Position numbers and translations under genes: made by a program
Source: an uncultured Actinomycetota bacterium
GTDB lineage: Bacteria; Actinomycetota; Actinomycetes; Prado026
Direction of reading: 5' to 3'
Assembly: GCA_963711005.1 (NCBI GenBank)
Contig: CAVQCJ010000004.1
Span: forward strand, 464,099 to 528,098
DNA length: 64,000 nt
Part shown: positions 1 through 10,897 of the stretch, piece after piece
Layout: each line of letters begins with the position of its first letter
Numbering within the stretch: position 1 is the first letter of the stretch
Notes under the pieces: generated by a model
The model's input: only the letters and a program-made list of their open reading frames with translations
The model's database searches: none
Told to the model about the DNA's origin: nothing

Positions 1-63
1 CCCACGCCGGCGGGCCCGCCCGCCCGCGGTGCCCGGACCCGAGCCGGACGCGGAGCGCCGGTC

Positions 64-1071
64 GTGACCCGGTCCGCGGTGATGGGCAGCGGGTCGTGGG
101 GGACCGCGTTCGGCATGGTGCTGGCGGACGCCGGGGGACAGGTCGTGCTCTGGGGAAAGGACCCGGCCCTGGCCGCGGCCATCGAGTCCAGCCGAGAGAA
201 CTCCGGGTACCACCCGGGGATCCGGCTCCCCGACGGCCTGCACGCGACCGCCGACCCCGCGGCGGCGCTGTCCGGTGCCGACCTCGTCGTGCTGGCCGTA
301 CCCGCGCAGGCGCTGCGTACGGCGCTGGCCGGCTGGCGCGAGCTGCTGCCGCCCGACGCGGTGCTGGTCAGCCTCATGAAGGGCATCGAGCTGGGCACCA
401 TGCGTCGCATGAGCGAAGTAGTCGCCGAGGTCGCCCAGGTACCGGACAGCCGGGTCGCGGTGGTGTCCGGGCCGAACCTGGCTCGGGAGATCATGCAGCG
501 GCAGCCCGCGGCGACGGTGGTGGCGTGCACCGACGCGGACACCGCCCGGCGGGTCCAGCAGGCCTGCATGACGCCGTACTTCCGGCCGTACACCAACCCG
601 GACGTGGTGGGAACCGAGCTGGGCGGGTCGGTCAAGAACGTGATCGCGATCGCGAACGGGGTGGCGGTGGGGCTGGGCTTCGGCGAGAACGCGCAGGCGT
701 CGTTGATCACCCGCGGGCTGGCCGAGATGGCCCGCCTGGGCGTGGCTCTGGGCGCGGACCCGATGACGTTCGCCGGGCTGGCCGGACTGGGGGACCTGAT
801 CGCGACGTGCACGTCGCCGCTGTCGCGCAACCGCACCTTCGGGGTGAACCTCGGGAGCGGGATGACCGCCGACGAGGCGACCGCGGCGATGCGGCAGACC
901 TGCGAGGGGGTCAAGTCCTGCCGTCCGATCCTCGAGCTGGCGGACGCCCACGGCGTCGACATGCCGATCACCGAGGCCGTCGTCCAGGCCGTGCACGAGG
1001 GACTCGCTCCGCGCGAGATGGCCCACTCGCTGATGACCAGGGACGCGAAGGCCGAGCAGGCGCCGGCCTAG
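64..1071 (+). CDS. gpsA: NAD(P)H-dependent glycerol-3-phosphate dehydrogenase
   Basis: GSGSWGTA Rossmann motif; [27 protein letters not shown] motifs; near ddl. Confidence 0.97.
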   Translation: MTRSAVMGSGSWGTAFGMVLADAGGQVVLWGKDPALAAAIESSRENSGYHPGIRLPDGLHATADPAAALSGADLVVLAVPAQALRTALAGWRELLPPDAVLVSLMKGIELGTMRRMSEVVAEVAQVPDSRVAVVSGPNLAREIMQRQPAATVVACTDADTARRVQQACMTPYFRPYTNPDVVGTELGGSVKNVIAIANGVAVGLGFGENAQASLITRGLAEMARLGVALGADPMTFAGLAGLGDLIATCTSPLSRNRTFGVNLGSGMTADEATAAMRQTCEGVKSCRPILELADAHGVDMPITEAVVQAVHEGLAPREMAHSLMTRDAKAEQAPA

Positions 1072-1093
1072 CGGGTCACACCCGGCTCGACGG

Positions 1094-2182
1094 TCACACC
1101 CGGTCGAGGGCGGCCGCGAGGTCCGACCAGAGGTCCGCGGCATCCTCGATGCCGACCGACATCCGTACCAGCGCCTCGCTCACCGCCTCGCTCTCGGACT
1201 CCCAGCGGCGGCGCCGCTCGAGGGTGGACTCAACCCCGCCCAGGCTCGTCGCGTGCACCCACAGCCGTACGCCCGCGGCGAGGGCGTCGGCAGCACTGCG
1301 GCCGCCGGCCATCTCGATCGACACGATCGTCCCCGACCCGGGGTAGCGGACCAGCGACACGGCCGGGTGCCCGGCCAGCCGCGGCACCAGGGTCCGCGCT
1401 GTCTCCTGGGCGCGGGCCACCCGCAACGCCAGGGTCCGGATCCCGCGCAGCGTGAGCCACGCCTCCATGGGACCGGGGATGGCGCCGTGCAGGCGGCGGT
1501 GCTCGTCCAGCCGGGCCAGCAGACGCTCGTCCCGCCCGCAAACGATGCCCATCTGCACGTCGGAGTGCCCTGCCAGCAGCTTGGTGGCGCTGTGCACGAC
1601 GAGGTCGGCCCCCACGTCCAGCGGGCGTTGCAGGATCGGGGTGGCGAACGTGTTGTCGACCACGACCAGGGCCCCGTGCGCGTGTGCGGCCGCCACCAGC
1701 GTCGGCAGGTCGGCGACGTCCAGCCGCGGGTTCGTCGGCGACTCCAGCCACACGATGTCGGCGCCGTCGGCGGCCGCCACCGTCGCCGCGGTGTCGGACA
1801 CCTCGACCGGGCGTACCTTGGCCCGGCCGGCGTCGACCCGCTCCCGGATCAGGGACAGCGTCCCGGAGTACGCGTTGTCCGGCGCGACCGCGGTGCCGCC
1901 CTCGGGCAGCAACGACAGCGCCGCCGACGCGGCCGCCAACCCGGATGCGAAGGCCAGCGCCCAGCCGCCCTCCAGGTCTCCGAGCACCGTCTCGAGCGCG
2001 GTCCAGGTCGGGTTGCCGTACCGCCCGTACTCCACCTCGCCACCGGCGACGTACGTGGAGGCGAACGTGACGGGGGCGCCCAACGGGGAGTCCGGGCTCC
2101 TTGGCGGGCGACCGGACGTCACCACCCGGGTGGCGAGAGCAAGGGGCTCCGAGGGCTGCGGGAGGGGCTGCGCGGTCGGCAT
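1094..2182 (-). CDS. PLP-dependent trans-sulfuration enzyme (cystathionine gamma-synthase/lyase family)
   Basis: YGRYGNPT, ESPTNP, DNTFATP, HSATKLLAGHSD (PLP Lys), SLGGVES. Confidence 0.92.
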   Translation of the reverse strand: MPTAQPLPQPSEPLALATRVVTSGRPPRSPDSPLGAPVTFASTYVAGGEVEYGRYGNPTWTALETVLGDLEGGWALAFASGLAAASAALSLLPEGGTAVAPDNAYSGTLSLIRERVDAGRAKVRPVEVSDTAATVAAADGADIVWLESPTNPRLDVADLPTLVAAAHAHGALVVVDNTFATPILQRPLDVGADLVVHSATKLLAGHSDVQMGIVCGRDERLLARLDEHRRLHGAIPGPMEAWLTLRGIRTLALRVARAQETARTLVPRLAGHPAVSLVRYPGSGTIVSIEMAGGRSAADALAAGVRLWVHATSLGGVESTLERRRRWESESEAVSEALVRMSVGIEDAADLWSDLAAALDRV

Positions 2183-2217
2183 GACCGGCAGTATCGCGCC
2201 CGGTAAGGTCGCCGACG

Positions 2218-3351
2218 ATGGCCGACTCCTCGCCGCCGGACGACGGTGGCCGCCCGCGCGTCGCTGTGGTCTTCGGCGGTCGCTCCAGCGAGCATGCGAT
2301 CTCGTGCATCAGCGCCGGCAGCGTGCTCCGGGCGATCGACCGGACGGCGTACGACGTGGTGCCGATCGGCATCACCACCGACGGGCGCTGGGTGCTCGAG
2401 GCCGACGACCCGGACCGGCTGGCCATCACCTCCGGCCGGCTGCCGGCCGTGGACGGCAGCGGTGCCCAGGTCGTCCTGGCGGGCGACCCCACCTCCGGCG
2501 GCCTGATGGTCTCCGAGCCCGGCGACGTCCCGCGCGTGCTCGGCGACGTCGACGTGGTGCTGCCTTTGCTGCACGGACCGTTCGGCGAGGACGGCACGCT
2601 GCAGGGGCTGCTGGAGCTCGCCGGCGTGCCGTACGTCGGGTCCGGGGTGCTCGCGTCCGCCGCCGCGATGGACAAGTCTGTGATGAAGGTCCTGCTGGCC
2701 GCTGCCGGCCTGCCCGTCGGTCCGTACGTCGTGGTGCCGGACCGGGACTGGCCGTCAGCCGGGACCGAGGCGCGGATCAGGTCGAGCCTGCGGCTGCCGG
2801 TGTTCGTCAAGCCGTCCAGGGCCGGGTCCAGCGTCGGCGTCAGCCGGGTCGCGAGCTGGGACGGCCTGGCCACGGCGGTCGAGGCGGCCAGGGGGCACGA
2901 CCCCAAGGTGGTCGTCGAGGAGGCTGTGGTCGGCCGGGAGATCGAGTGCGGCGTGCTCGAGTCGGCGGACGGAAGGGCGCTGGAGACCAGCGTCTGCGGC
3001 GAGATCACCGTCCTCGGCGGGCACGAGTTCTACGACTTCGATGCCAAGTACCTCGAGGTGGACGACGTGACCAGGCTGGACGTGCCGGCCGACCTGCCCG
3101 ACGAGGTGTCCGAACGGGTCCGCGCGATGGCCGCGGTGGCCTTCCGGGCGCTGGACTGCGAGGGCTTCGCGCGCGTGGACTTCTTCGTCGCGGCGGACGG
3201 TGCTGTCACGGTCAACGAGCTGAACACGATCCCCGGGTTCACGCCGGTGTCGATGTTCCCGATGCTGTGGGCCGCCAGCGGCGTCCCGTACCCGGATCTG
3301 GTGGACCGGCTGATCCGCTCCGCCCTCCGCAAGCGCCGCGGTCTGCGCTGA
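2218..3351 (+). CDS. ddl: D-alanine--D-alanine ligase
   Basis: [43 protein letters not shown]. Confidence 0.97.
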   Translation: MADSSPPDDGGRPRVAVVFGGRSSEHAISCISAGSVLRAIDRTAYDVVPIGITTDGRWVLEADDPDRLAITSGRLPAVDGSGAQVVLAGDPTSGGLMVSEPGDVPRVLGDVDVVLPLLHGPFGEDGTLQGLLELAGVPYVGSGVLASAAAMDKSVMKVLLAAAGLPVGPYVVVPDRDWPSAGTEARIRSSLRLPVFVKPSRAGSSVGVSRVASWDGLATAVEAARGHDPKVVVEEAVVGREIECGVLESADGRALETSVCGEITVLGGHEFYDFDAKYLEVDDVTRLDVPADLPDEVSERVRAMAAVAFRALDCEGFARVDFFVAADGAVTVNELNTIPGFTPVSMFPMLWAASGVPYPDLVDRLIRSALRKRRGLR

Positions 3352-3376
3352 TCCGCCGCCGACCTGCGGCCGCCGG

Positions 3377-3898
3377 TCAGGAGGACGGGGCGACCAGGGC
3401 CGGGTCGGCAGCCCCGATCGCCGGGCCGAGCTCCACCAGCACGTCCGCCGCCGGCCTGTAGTCGCGCGGCACCGACACCTCGATGTCGGCCACCCGACCG
3501 ACTGTCGTGTAGCGCGAGCCGCCGTCCACCTGCTGGGCGAACCAGTCGATCCCGTCGATCGTGGTCAGGTCGCTGGTCGGCTGCAGACCTGCGGGGGCGC
3601 CGACCCCGCAGCGCAGGACGATCGGGGCGCCACCCCAGGCCGCGGTCTGCTCGGACACCGGGTCGGTGCCCAGCCGCGGCTGACCGGCCACGGTCGCGGG
3701 CAACGTCCCGTGCAGGCGGCGACAGGCGTCGGCAGCTGCGCCACGGGCGTCGGGGACGGCGACCCGCACCGGCCGGGACCGCAGCAGCACGGCGGAGACG
3801 AGGCCGAGCACGACCACGCCGGCGACGAAAAGGATCAGCAGGCTGCGGCGCGGCCGCGGGCCGGACGACTCAGAGTCACGAGGAACACCCAGAGTCAC
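3377..3898 (-). CDS. DUF3515-like exported/membrane-anchored protein
   Basis: N-terminal TM segment, AAWG..PIVLRCGV and GIDW motifs; usual position between ddl and the Lrp-domain gene; start uncertain (GTG 3898 or 3916, inside a repeat). Confidence 0.75.
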   Translation of the reverse strand: MTLGVPRDSESSGPRPRRSLLILFVAGVVVLGLVSAVLLRSRPVRVAVPDARGAAADACRRLHGTLPATVAGQPRLGTDPVSEQTAAWGGAPIVLRCGVGAPAGLQPTSDLTTIDGIDWFAQQVDGGSRYTTVGRVADIEVSVPRDYRPAADVLVELGPAIGAADPALVAPSS

Positions 3899-3930
3899 GA
3901 GAACACTCAGAGTCACGATCGACTCAGAGG
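3868..3930. repeat. Imperfect tandem repeat of ACTCAGAGTCACGA core (copies at 3868, 3887, 3905, partial 3922)
   Basis: Read directly; spacing 19, 18, 17 bp. Confidence 0.85.
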
Positions 3931-4193
3931 TGGACCACCGGGCAGGTGAGGGTGCGGGTGATGCCGGGGACCGCCTGGACCTTGGCGAGCACCAGCTTGC
4001 CCAGCTCGTCGACGCTCTTCGCCTCGGCACGCACGATCACGTCGTAGGGGCCGGTCACGTCCTCGGCGAGGGTCACGCCGGCGATCTGGGCGATCCCGGT
4101 CGCGACGTCCGCCGCCTTGCCGACCTCGGTCTGGATCAAGATGTACGCCTGGACCACCACGATCTGCCTCCCGCTGTGCTCCATCGGCTCCAT
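3924..4193 (-). CDS. Stand-alone Lrp/AsnC ligand-binding domain protein
   Basis: VQAYILIQTEVGKA...VTGPYDVI...TRTLTCPVVHL; true start may be about 35 nt downstream of 4193. Confidence 0.9.
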   Translation of the reverse strand: MEPMEHSGRQIVVVQAYILIQTEVGKAADVATGIAQIAGVTLAEDVTGPYDVIVRAEAKSVDELGKLVLAKVQAVPGITRTLTCPVVHL

Positions 4194-4264
4194 CGCGCTG
4201 ACGCGTGGAGGCTACCGGGTCCGCGGCACAGGCAGCAGGCCCGGGAGATGACAGCATGACGGGC

Positions 4265-5266
4265 ATGGCGGGAACCGGCGGCGGCACGGTCGGCGAGACC
4301 GGGGAGACCGCGCTCGTGGCCGCGATCGTGCAGCGGCTCCCGTCCAGCCCGGAGGTGCTCCTCGGCCCCGGTGACGACGCGGCCGTGGTCGCCGCGACCG
4401 ACGGCCGCGTGGTGGCCACGACCGACCTGCTGGTGGAGGGCGTCCATTTCCGCCGCGACTGGTCCGAGGCGGTGGACGTGGGGCACAAAGCGGCCGCGCA
4501 GAACCTGGCCGACATCGCGGCGATGGGGGCCAGGCCGACCGCGCTGCTGGTCGGGCTCGCCGCGCCGGCCGACCTGCCGACCGCGTGGGCGCTCGGCCTG
4601 GCCGACGGTCTGGCCGCCGAGGCGGCCCGGGCCGGGGCCGCGGTCGTCGGCGGCGACGTGGTGGCTGGTGAGCATGTCGTCGTCTCGGTCACCGCGCTGG
4701 GCTCGCTGGACGGCCGCGAGCCGGTGACCAGGGCGGGCGCGCGGGCCGGCGACGTCGTCGCGGTGGTCGGCCGGCTGGGCTGGTCGGCCGCCGGGTTCGC
4801 CGTGCTGAGCCGGGGCTTCCGGTCGCCGCGGGTCCTGGTGGCTGCGCACCGGCGGCCGGAGCCGGTGTACGAGGCCGGGCCGAAGGCCGCCCTGGCCGGG
4901 GCGACCGCGATGGTCGACGTGAGCGACGGGCTGCTCGGCGACCTGGCGCACGTCGCGGTGGCGTCCGGGGTGGCGGTGCGGCTCGAGATCGCGGCGCTCG
5001 AGGTCGCGGCGCCGGTCCGGGACGCGGCGGCGGCGCTGGGCAAGGACCCGCTCGAGTGGGTGCTGACCGGCGGCGAGGACCACGCCCTGGCCGCGACGTT
5101 CCCCTCGGCCAAGGCGGTGCCGAAGGGCTGGACGGTGGTCGGGGAGGTGCTCGCCTGGGCCGGTAGCGCCGGTGCCGACGATGCGGTGCAGCACCGGGTG
5201 ACGGTGGCCGGGCTACCGGCGGGGGCGTACGAGGGTCCGGGCGGGTGGCGGCACTTCAGCGTCTAG
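4265..5266 (+). CDS. thiL: Thiamine-monophosphate kinase
   Basis: GPGDDAA, EGVHF, NLADIAAMGA, DVSDGL, GGEDH; start placed after the CAGCAT -10-like hexamer. Confidence 0.95.
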   Translation: MAGTGGGTVGETGETALVAAIVQRLPSSPEVLLGPGDDAAVVAATDGRVVATTDLLVEGVHFRRDWSEAVDVGHKAAAQNLADIAAMGARPTALLVGLAAPADLPTAWALGLADGLAAEAARAGAAVVGGDVVAGEHVVVSVTALGSLDGREPVTRAGARAGDVVAVVGRLGWSAAGFAVLSRGFRSPRVLVAAHRRPEPVYEAGPKAALAGATAMVDVSDGLLGDLAHVAVASGVAVRLEIAALEVAAPVRDAAAALGKDPLEWVLTGGEDHALAATFPSAKAVPKGWTVVGEVLAWAGSAGADDAVQHRVTVAGLPAGAYEGPGGWRHFSV

Positions 5267-5275
5267 CGCGTCGGG

Positions 5276-5461
5276 CTAGCGGGTGACCTTGCCGGCCTTG
5301 ATGCACGAGGTGCAGACGTTCAGCCGTTTCGGGGCGCCACCGACGACGGCGCGCACGGTCTGGATGTTCGGGTTCCAGCGGCGGCGCGTGCGACGGTGCG
5401 AGTGGGAGATGCTGTTGCCGAAGCCCGGCCCCTTGCCGCAGACCTCGCAGTTGGCAGCCAC
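5276..5461 (-). CDS. rpmB: 50S ribosomal protein L28 (Cys4 zinc-binding form)
   Basis: [34 protein letters not shown]...[10 protein letters not shown]. Confidence 0.97.
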   Translation of the reverse strand: MAANCEVCGKGPGFGNSISHSHRRTRRRWNPNIQTVRAVVGGAPKRLNVCTSCIKAGKVTR

Positions 5462-5577
5462 GGTCGACACTCTCCAGCACATTCGCAGGGACGACGGATC
5501 GCCGGCGCATCGGGATGCGCGACCCGGGGACCCGGTCGGCCCGCCGAGGGTACCTGACGCGCGTCGGCCGGCGCCAA

Positions 5578-5732
5578 CCGAGCGCGTCCATGGAACCGGA
5601 GCGGCGAGGCGAGGAGCCGGTGTGAGGCGACGACCCGAGCGCGACCATGGGATCGCAGCGGCGAGGCGAGGAGCCGGTGTGAGGCGACGACCCGAGCGCG
5701 ACCATGGGATCGCAGCGGCGAGGCGAGGAACC
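5578..5732. repeat. 57-bp intergenic tandem repeat, about 2.7 copies (MIRU/VNTR-like)
   Basis: CCATGG anchors at 5588, 5645, 5702; unit CCATGGGATCGCAGCGGCGAGGCGAGGAGCCGGTGTGAGGCGACGACCCGAGCGCGA. Confidence 0.95.
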
Positions 5733-5801
5733 GCACACGGAACGCGGCTACCCTGCGGGCACGCGGCTGGGCCACTGCGGCCCCGGACGGAAGGGGAGCC
5801 G

Positions 5802-7409
5802 ATGCTCGACGGCCCGACCGTCCGGCGCGGGTCCAGGGACGCCCTCGAGGCGCTCGGCCGGGCCCGCGAGGAGATCGACGCGCTGAACGTCTACCCGGTG
5901 CCCGACGGAGACACCGGCACCAACCTGTTCCTCACCGTGGAGTCCGCGGTCGAGGAGCTGGCCACCCGTCCCGACGACGGCGACGTGGCCGCCGACCTGC
6001 GCACGCTCGCGCACGGGGCCCTGCTCGGCGCGCGCGGCAACTCCGGCGTGATCCTCAGCCAGCTGCTCAGGGGCGCCGTCGATGCACTCGTCGGGACCCG
6101 CGCCGGGACCGATCCGGCGGAGGCCCTGCGGACGGCGCTGGAGCATGCGGCGCGGTCCGGGTACGCCGCCGTGGCCCAGCCCGTCGAGGGCACGATCCTG
6201 ACCGTGGCCCGGGTTGCGGCCGAGTCCGCCCGCGCGACCGAAGGCGGCACCACCGAGGTGGTCAGGGCCGCCGCCCACGGCGCCCACCAAGCGCTCGACA
6301 GAACCCCTGAGCTGCTCGAGGTGCTCCGCGCGGCAGGCGTGGTGGACGCGGGCGGCCGTGGGCTGACCGTCGTGCTGGACGCGCTCGTCCAGACCATGAC
6401 CGGTCAGCGCCCCGCCGCAGCGCCGGCCCGGATGGCGAAGCCCCAGCTCACCGTCCCGGTGGTCGGGGCCGAAGGTGCGCACCGGGGCGGCCCGGCGTTC
6501 GAGGTGATGTTCCTGCTGGAGGCCGACGAGCAGGCCACCGACAGTCTCAAGGCGCACCTCGCCGGGCTCGGCGACTCGCTGCTGGTCGTCGGTGGCGACG
6601 GACTGTGGAACGTGCACGTCCACGTCGACGACGTGGGCGCCGCGATCGAGGCCGGGGTCCGGGCCGGGCGCCCCTACCGGATCAAGGTCACCCACTTCGG
6701 GGAACAGGTCGCCCGGCAGCAGGCCGCCCGGGCGCCGGGGACACGCGCCGTGGTCGTCCTGCTGCCCGGACCCGGCCTGGCCGAGCTCGCCCTGGCGTGC
6801 GGTGCGCTGGTGGTCGAGTCAGCGTCCGGCTCGCCCGGTCGGCGGCCGGCCACGCGCGATGTCCTGCTGGCGGTCCAGCAGGCGCACTCGGACGAGGTCG
6901 TCGTGCTGCCGGACGACCGGGACACCGTGGCGGTGGCCGAGGCGGCCGCCGAGTACGCCAGGGCCGGCGGTCTGCGAGTGGCGGTCATCCCCACCCGGGC
7001 ACCGGTACAGGTGCTCGCGGCGCTCGCCGTGCACGACCCCGGCCGGCGGTTCGAGGACGACGTGGTGGCGATGACCGCGGCGGCCCGGGCGACCAGGCGC
7101 GGCGCGGTGACGGTCGCGGTGCGGGAGGCGCTGACGTCCGCCGGGGTGTGCCGGCCCGGCGATGTCCTCGGCCTGGTCGAGGACGACGTGGCATGCATCG
7201 GCGTGACGGTGGGCGAGGTCGCCGAGCAGGTGCTGGACCGGATGCTGTCCGCGGGCGGCGAGCTGGTGACCGTCATCCTCGGGCAGGACGCCGGGACGGG
7301 CCTGGGCGAGGCGCTGGCCGATCACGTGCGGCATGCGCACCCGGAGGTGGAGACCCAGGTGCACGACGGGGGCCAGGAGCACTACCCCGTGCTGCTGGGC
7401 GTGGAGTAG
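5802..7409 (+). CDS. DAK2 domain-containing protein (FakA/YloV-like)
   Basis: [36 protein letters not shown]; between rpmB and recG. Confidence 0.94.
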   Translation: MLDGPTVRRGSRDALEALGRAREEIDALNVYPVPDGDTGTNLFLTVESAVEELATRPDDGDVAADLRTLAHGALLGARGNSGVILSQLLRGAVDALVGTRAGTDPAEALRTALEHAARSGYAAVAQPVEGTILTVARVAAESARATEGGTTEVVRAAAHGAHQALDRTPELLEVLRAAGVVDAGGRGLTVVLDALVQTMTGQRPAAAPARMAKPQLTVPVVGAEGAHRGGPAFEVMFLLEADEQATDSLKAHLAGLGDSLLVVGGDGLWNVHVHVDDVGAAIEAGVRAGRPYRIKVTHFGEQVARQQAARAPGTRAVVVLLPGPGLAELALACGALVVESASGSPGRRPATRDVLLAVQQAHSDEVVVLPDDRDTVAVAEAAAEYARAGGLRVAVIPTRAPVQVLAALAVHDPGRRFEDDVVAMTAAARATRRGAVTVAVREALTSAGVCRPGDVLGLVEDDVACIGVTVGEVAEQVLDRMLSAGGELVTVILGQDAGTGLGEALADHVRHAHPEVETQVHDGGQEHYPVLLGVE

Positions 7410-7419
7410 GCGGACCGGC

Positions 7420-9702
7420 GTGCTCGAGGACCCGCTGCGCACCGTCGTCGGCGGCGCGTCGGCGAAGGCCCTGTCCACCGGGCTCGGCCTGGAGACGGTC
7501 GGCGACCTGCTGCGCCACTTCCCGCGCCGGTACGCGGTCCGCGGCGAGCTCACCGACCTGTCGGCCCTGCGGGTGGACGAGGAGGCCACCGTCATGGCCG
7601 AGGTCGCCGGTACCCGGCTCTACCCGATGCGCAACCGCCCGGGCTGGGTGCTCGAGGTCGTCGTGACCGACGGCCGCGGCCGGCTCAAGCTGACCTTCTT
7701 CGGGAAGAAGAAGGGGCAGCTCGAGTGGCGCGAGCGCCAGCTCCGGGTCGGCCGGCACGGGCTGTTCGCCGGCAAGGTCGGCTCGTTCCAGGGCGCGCGG
7801 CAGCTGACCCACCCGGACTACCTGCTCGTCGGCGACCCGGGCGACGACCTCGACGAAGCGGACGCCGCTGACGCCGCGGCCGCCTTCGCCCGCAGCCTGA
7901 TCCCGGTCTACCCCGCGACGAAGTCGCTCACGACGTGGAAGATCGCCAAGGCCGTGGCGCCGGTGCTGGACACGATCGGCGACCTGCCCGACCCGCTGCC
8001 GGCGGACCTGCGCGAGCGCCGCGGCCTGCCGTCCCTGTCCGAGGCGCTCGAGCTCATCCACCGGCCCGGGACGGAGCTGGACTGGCGCCGTGCCGTCGAC
8101 CGGTTCCGGTTCGAGGAGGCGTACGTCCTGCAGGTCGAGCTGGCCCGCCGGCGTGCGCTGGCCGCGGCGCTGCCCGCCATCCCTCGCCTGGCCACCGACG
8201 ACGGGGTGCTCGCCGCTTTCGACCGCCGCCTGCCGTTCCAGCTCACCGCCGGCCAGCGCGAGGTCGGGGCGCAGCTCACCGCCGACCTGGCCGGGCAGCA
8301 CCCGATGCACCGGTTGCTGCAGGGCGAGGTCGGGTCGGGAAAGACCGTGGTCGCGCTGCGGGCGATGCTGGCCGTCGTCGACGCCGGGGGGCAGGCGGCG
8401 CTGCTGGCGCCGACGGAGGTGCTCGCCCAGCAGCACCACCGCTCGTTGCAGGCCCTGCTCGGCCCGCTCGCCGAGCGCGGCATGCTCGGCGGCGAGGACG
8501 TGGGGACCCGCGTCACGCTGCTGACCGGCTCCCAGGGTGCCGCGACCAGGCGCCAGGCCCTGCTGCAGGCTGCGAGCGGCGAGGCGGGTCTTGTCGTCGG
8601 CACCCACGCGCTGCTCGAGGAGCGGGTCCAGTTCGCCGACCTCGGTCTCGTGGTCGTCGACGAGCAGCACCGGTTCGGGGTGGAGCAACGCTCGGCGCTG
8701 GCGGCCAAGGGGGTCACGCCCCCGCACGTGCTGGTCATGACGGCCACGCCGATCCCGCGCACGATCGCGATGACGGTGTTCGGCGACCTCGACGTGTCCA
8801 CGCTCACCGAGCTGCCGGCCGGCCGGTCGCCCATCGCGACCCATGTCGTGCCCACCGGGGAGAAGCCGCACTACCTGGACCGGGCCTGGGAGCGGTTGCG
8901 AGAGGAGGTCGCGGCCGGTCACCAGGTGTACGTGGTCTGCCCGCGGATCGGCGGTGACGACCAGGGCGACGTGCGGGACGAGGGCTTCGACGAGTCCTTC
9001 GACAACGGCTCCGACGACGGCTCTGCCGGCTTCGACGAGGACGGGTCCGGGGACGGGCCCGGGTCGCGTGCCGGGGGCGCGGCGACGCGCCCGCTCGTCG
9101 CCGTGCTCGACGTCGCCCCGCAGCTGGCGGCCGGACCGCTCGCCGGGTTGCGGCTGGAGGTCCTGCACGGCCGGATGCCGTCCGAGGCCAAGGACGACGT
9201 GATGCAGCGGTTCGCCGCCGGCACCGTGGACGTCCTGGTCGCGACCACGGTGGTCGAGGTCGGGGTCGACGTCGCCAACGCGACCGGGATGGTCGTGATG
9301 GACGCGGACCGGTTCGGGGTGTCCCAGCTGCACCAGCTCCGCGGCCGGGTCGGCCGTGGCGGTGCGCCGGGACTGTGCCTGCTCGTCACCGACCTCGAGC
9401 CGGGCACGCCCGGCCGCGCCCGGCTGGACGCGGTCGCCGGTACCAACGACGGGTTCGAGCTCGCCCGGGTGGACCTGGAGTCGCGTCGCGAGGGCGACGT
9501 GCTGGGGGCCACGCAGTCCGGGCGGCGATCGTCGCTGCGGCACCTGCGCGTGCTGCGCGACGAGGACGTGATCGAGCAGGCCCGCGAAGAGGCCTCGGCG
9601 CTGGTCGAGCGCGACCCCGACCTGGCCGACCACGCGGCGTTGCGCGCGGCCCTGGCGGTGTACGCCGACGACGAGCAGTCGGAGTACCTCGAGAAGGCGT
9701 GA
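7420..9702 (+). CDS. recG: ATP-dependent DNA helicase RecG
   Basis: LLQGEVGSGKT, DEQHRFGV, MTATPIPRT, QLHQLRGRVGRG. Confidence 0.97.
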   Translation: MLEDPLRTVVGGASAKALSTGLGLETVGDLLRHFPRRYAVRGELTDLSALRVDEEATVMAEVAGTRLYPMRNRPGWVLEVVVTDGRGRLKLTFFGKKKGQLEWRERQLRVGRHGLFAGKVGSFQGARQLTHPDYLLVGDPGDDLDEADAADAAAAFARSLIPVYPATKSLTTWKIAKAVAPVLDTIGDLPDPLPADLRERRGLPSLSEALELIHRPGTELDWRRAVDRFRFEEAYVLQVELARRRALAAALPAIPRLATDDGVLAAFDRRLPFQLTAGQREVGAQLTADLAGQHPMHRLLQGEVGSGKTVVALRAMLAVVDAGGQAALLAPTEVLAQQHHRSLQALLGPLAERGMLGGEDVGTRVTLLTGSQGAATRRQALLQAASGEAGLVVGTHALLEERVQFADLGLVVVDEQHRFGVEQRSALAAKGVTPPHVLVMTATPIPRTIAMTVFGDLDVSTLTELPAGRSPIATHVVPTGEKPHYLDRAWERLREEVAAGHQVYVVCPRIGGDDQGDVRDEGFDESFDNGSDDGSAGFDEDGSGDGPGSRAGGAATRPLVAVLDVAPQLAAGPLAGLRLEVLHGRMPSEAKDDVMQRFAAGTVDVLVATTVVEVGVDVANATGMVVMDADRFGVSQLHQLRGRVGRGGAPGLCLLVTDLEPGTPGRARLDAVAGTNDGFELARVDLESRREGDVLGATQSGRRSSLRHLRVLRDEDVIEQAREEASALVERDPDLADHAALRAALAVYADDEQSEYLEKA

Positions 9703-9744
9703 CCGCTGCGGCGGCACTGCGGGCCGCCGTGCCACAGTGGGGCG

Positions 9745-10284
9745 ATGGGGCAGACGTTCGACGCGCTGGACGACCGGATGACCGCCTTCCTCGCCGCGCA
9801 GCCGGTGTTCTTCGTGGCCACCGCGCCCGACTCCGGAGGGCACGTGAACCTCTCGCCGAAGGGCTACGCCGACACGTTCGCCGTGCTCGGGCCGCATACC
9901 GTGGCCTACCTGGACCTGACCGGCAGCGGCGTGGAGACGATCGCGCACGTGCGCGAGAACGGCCGCATCACGCTGATGTTCTGCGCGTTCGCCGGGCCGC
10001 CCAAGATCGTGCGCCTGTACGGGACGGGACGGGTGGTGCTCGCCGGCGACGAGGAGTGGGACGAGCTGGCCGAGCGCTTCCCGGCGCGCAGTGGCCGGCG
10101 CGCGGTGGTCGTGGTGGAGGTGGAACGCATCGCCGACTCGTGCGGCTACGCGGTCCCGCTCCTCGAGCTGGTCGCCGAGCGGGACGTGCTGGAGCGTTGG
10201 CATGGGCGCCGCGGCGTCGACGGGCTCGCTGCCTACCGCGAGGAGCGCAACGCGACCAGCATCGACGGGCTGCCGGGTCTGTGA
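9745..10284 (+). CDS. Pyridoxamine 5'-phosphate oxidase-like FMN-binding protein
   Basis: FFVATAP, NLSPKG, LDLTGSGVETIAH, SCGYAVP, SIDGLPGL. Confidence 0.88.
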   Translation: MGQTFDALDDRMTAFLAAQPVFFVATAPDSGGHVNLSPKGYADTFAVLGPHTVAYLDLTGSGVETIAHVRENGRITLMFCAFAGPPKIVRLYGTGRVVLAGDEEWDELAERFPARSGRRAVVVVEVERIADSCGYAVPLLELVAERDVLERWHGRRGVDGLAAYREERNATSIDGLPGL

Positions 10285-10883
10285 TGACCCGCGTCATCGG
10301 GGGGACCGCCGGCGGCCGCCGGCTGACGGTGCCGTCCGGGACCGCCACCAGACCGACGTCCGACCGGGCCCGGGAGGCCCTGTTCTCGGCGTTGACCTCG
10401 ATGCTGGCGCCCGGGGGACTGCGCGGCACCCGGCTGCTGGACCTGTACGCCGGATCCGGTGCCGTCGGGCTGGAGGCGCTGTCCCGCGGTGCCCGGGAGG
10501 TGCTCCTGGTGGACAGCGACCGACGGGCCGCGGACACCGTCCGGGCCAACGTGGCCGCACTGGGGCTTCCCGGGGCGCAGGTCGTGCGCGACGACGTGGC
10601 GCGGCTCGCGGCCGGCCCCAACCCGGGCGAACCGTACGACCTGGCGTTCCTGGACCCTCCGTACCCGACCCCGGCCGACTCCGTGACGGCGGTGCTCACG
10701 GCGCTCGCCGAGCACGGCTGGCTGGGCCCGACAGCGCTCGTGGTGGTCGAGCGGGCCAGCCGCGCCGACCCGTGGGTGTGGCCCACCGGTTTCACCGCGA
10801 TCCGGGACCGCCGGTACGGGGAGGGCACGCTTTGGTACGGTCGCGCCGCCTGGTCCGGCGAGCTACGCCGGGACCCCGAGTAG
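10284..10883 (+). CDS. rsmD: 16S rRNA m2G966 methyltransferase
   Basis: TRPTSDRAREALF, DLYAGSGAVGLEALSRGA, DPPY; upstream of coaD; TGATG overlap. Confidence 0.95.
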   Translation: MTRVIGGTAGGRRLTVPSGTATRPTSDRAREALFSALTSMLAPGGLRGTRLLDLYAGSGAVGLEALSRGAREVLLVDSDRRAADTVRANVAALGLPGAQVVRDDVARLAAGPNPGEPYDLAFLDPPYPTPADSVTAVLTALAEHGWLGPTALVVVERASRADPWVWPTGFTAIRDRRYGEGTLWYGRAAWSGELRRDPE

Positions 10884-10897
10884 CCGGGAGCCTCGCC

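Noticed and set aside
5578-5732. Possible CRISPR array
   Set aside because: Units are contiguous and near-identical with no unique spacers; no cas genes in the window
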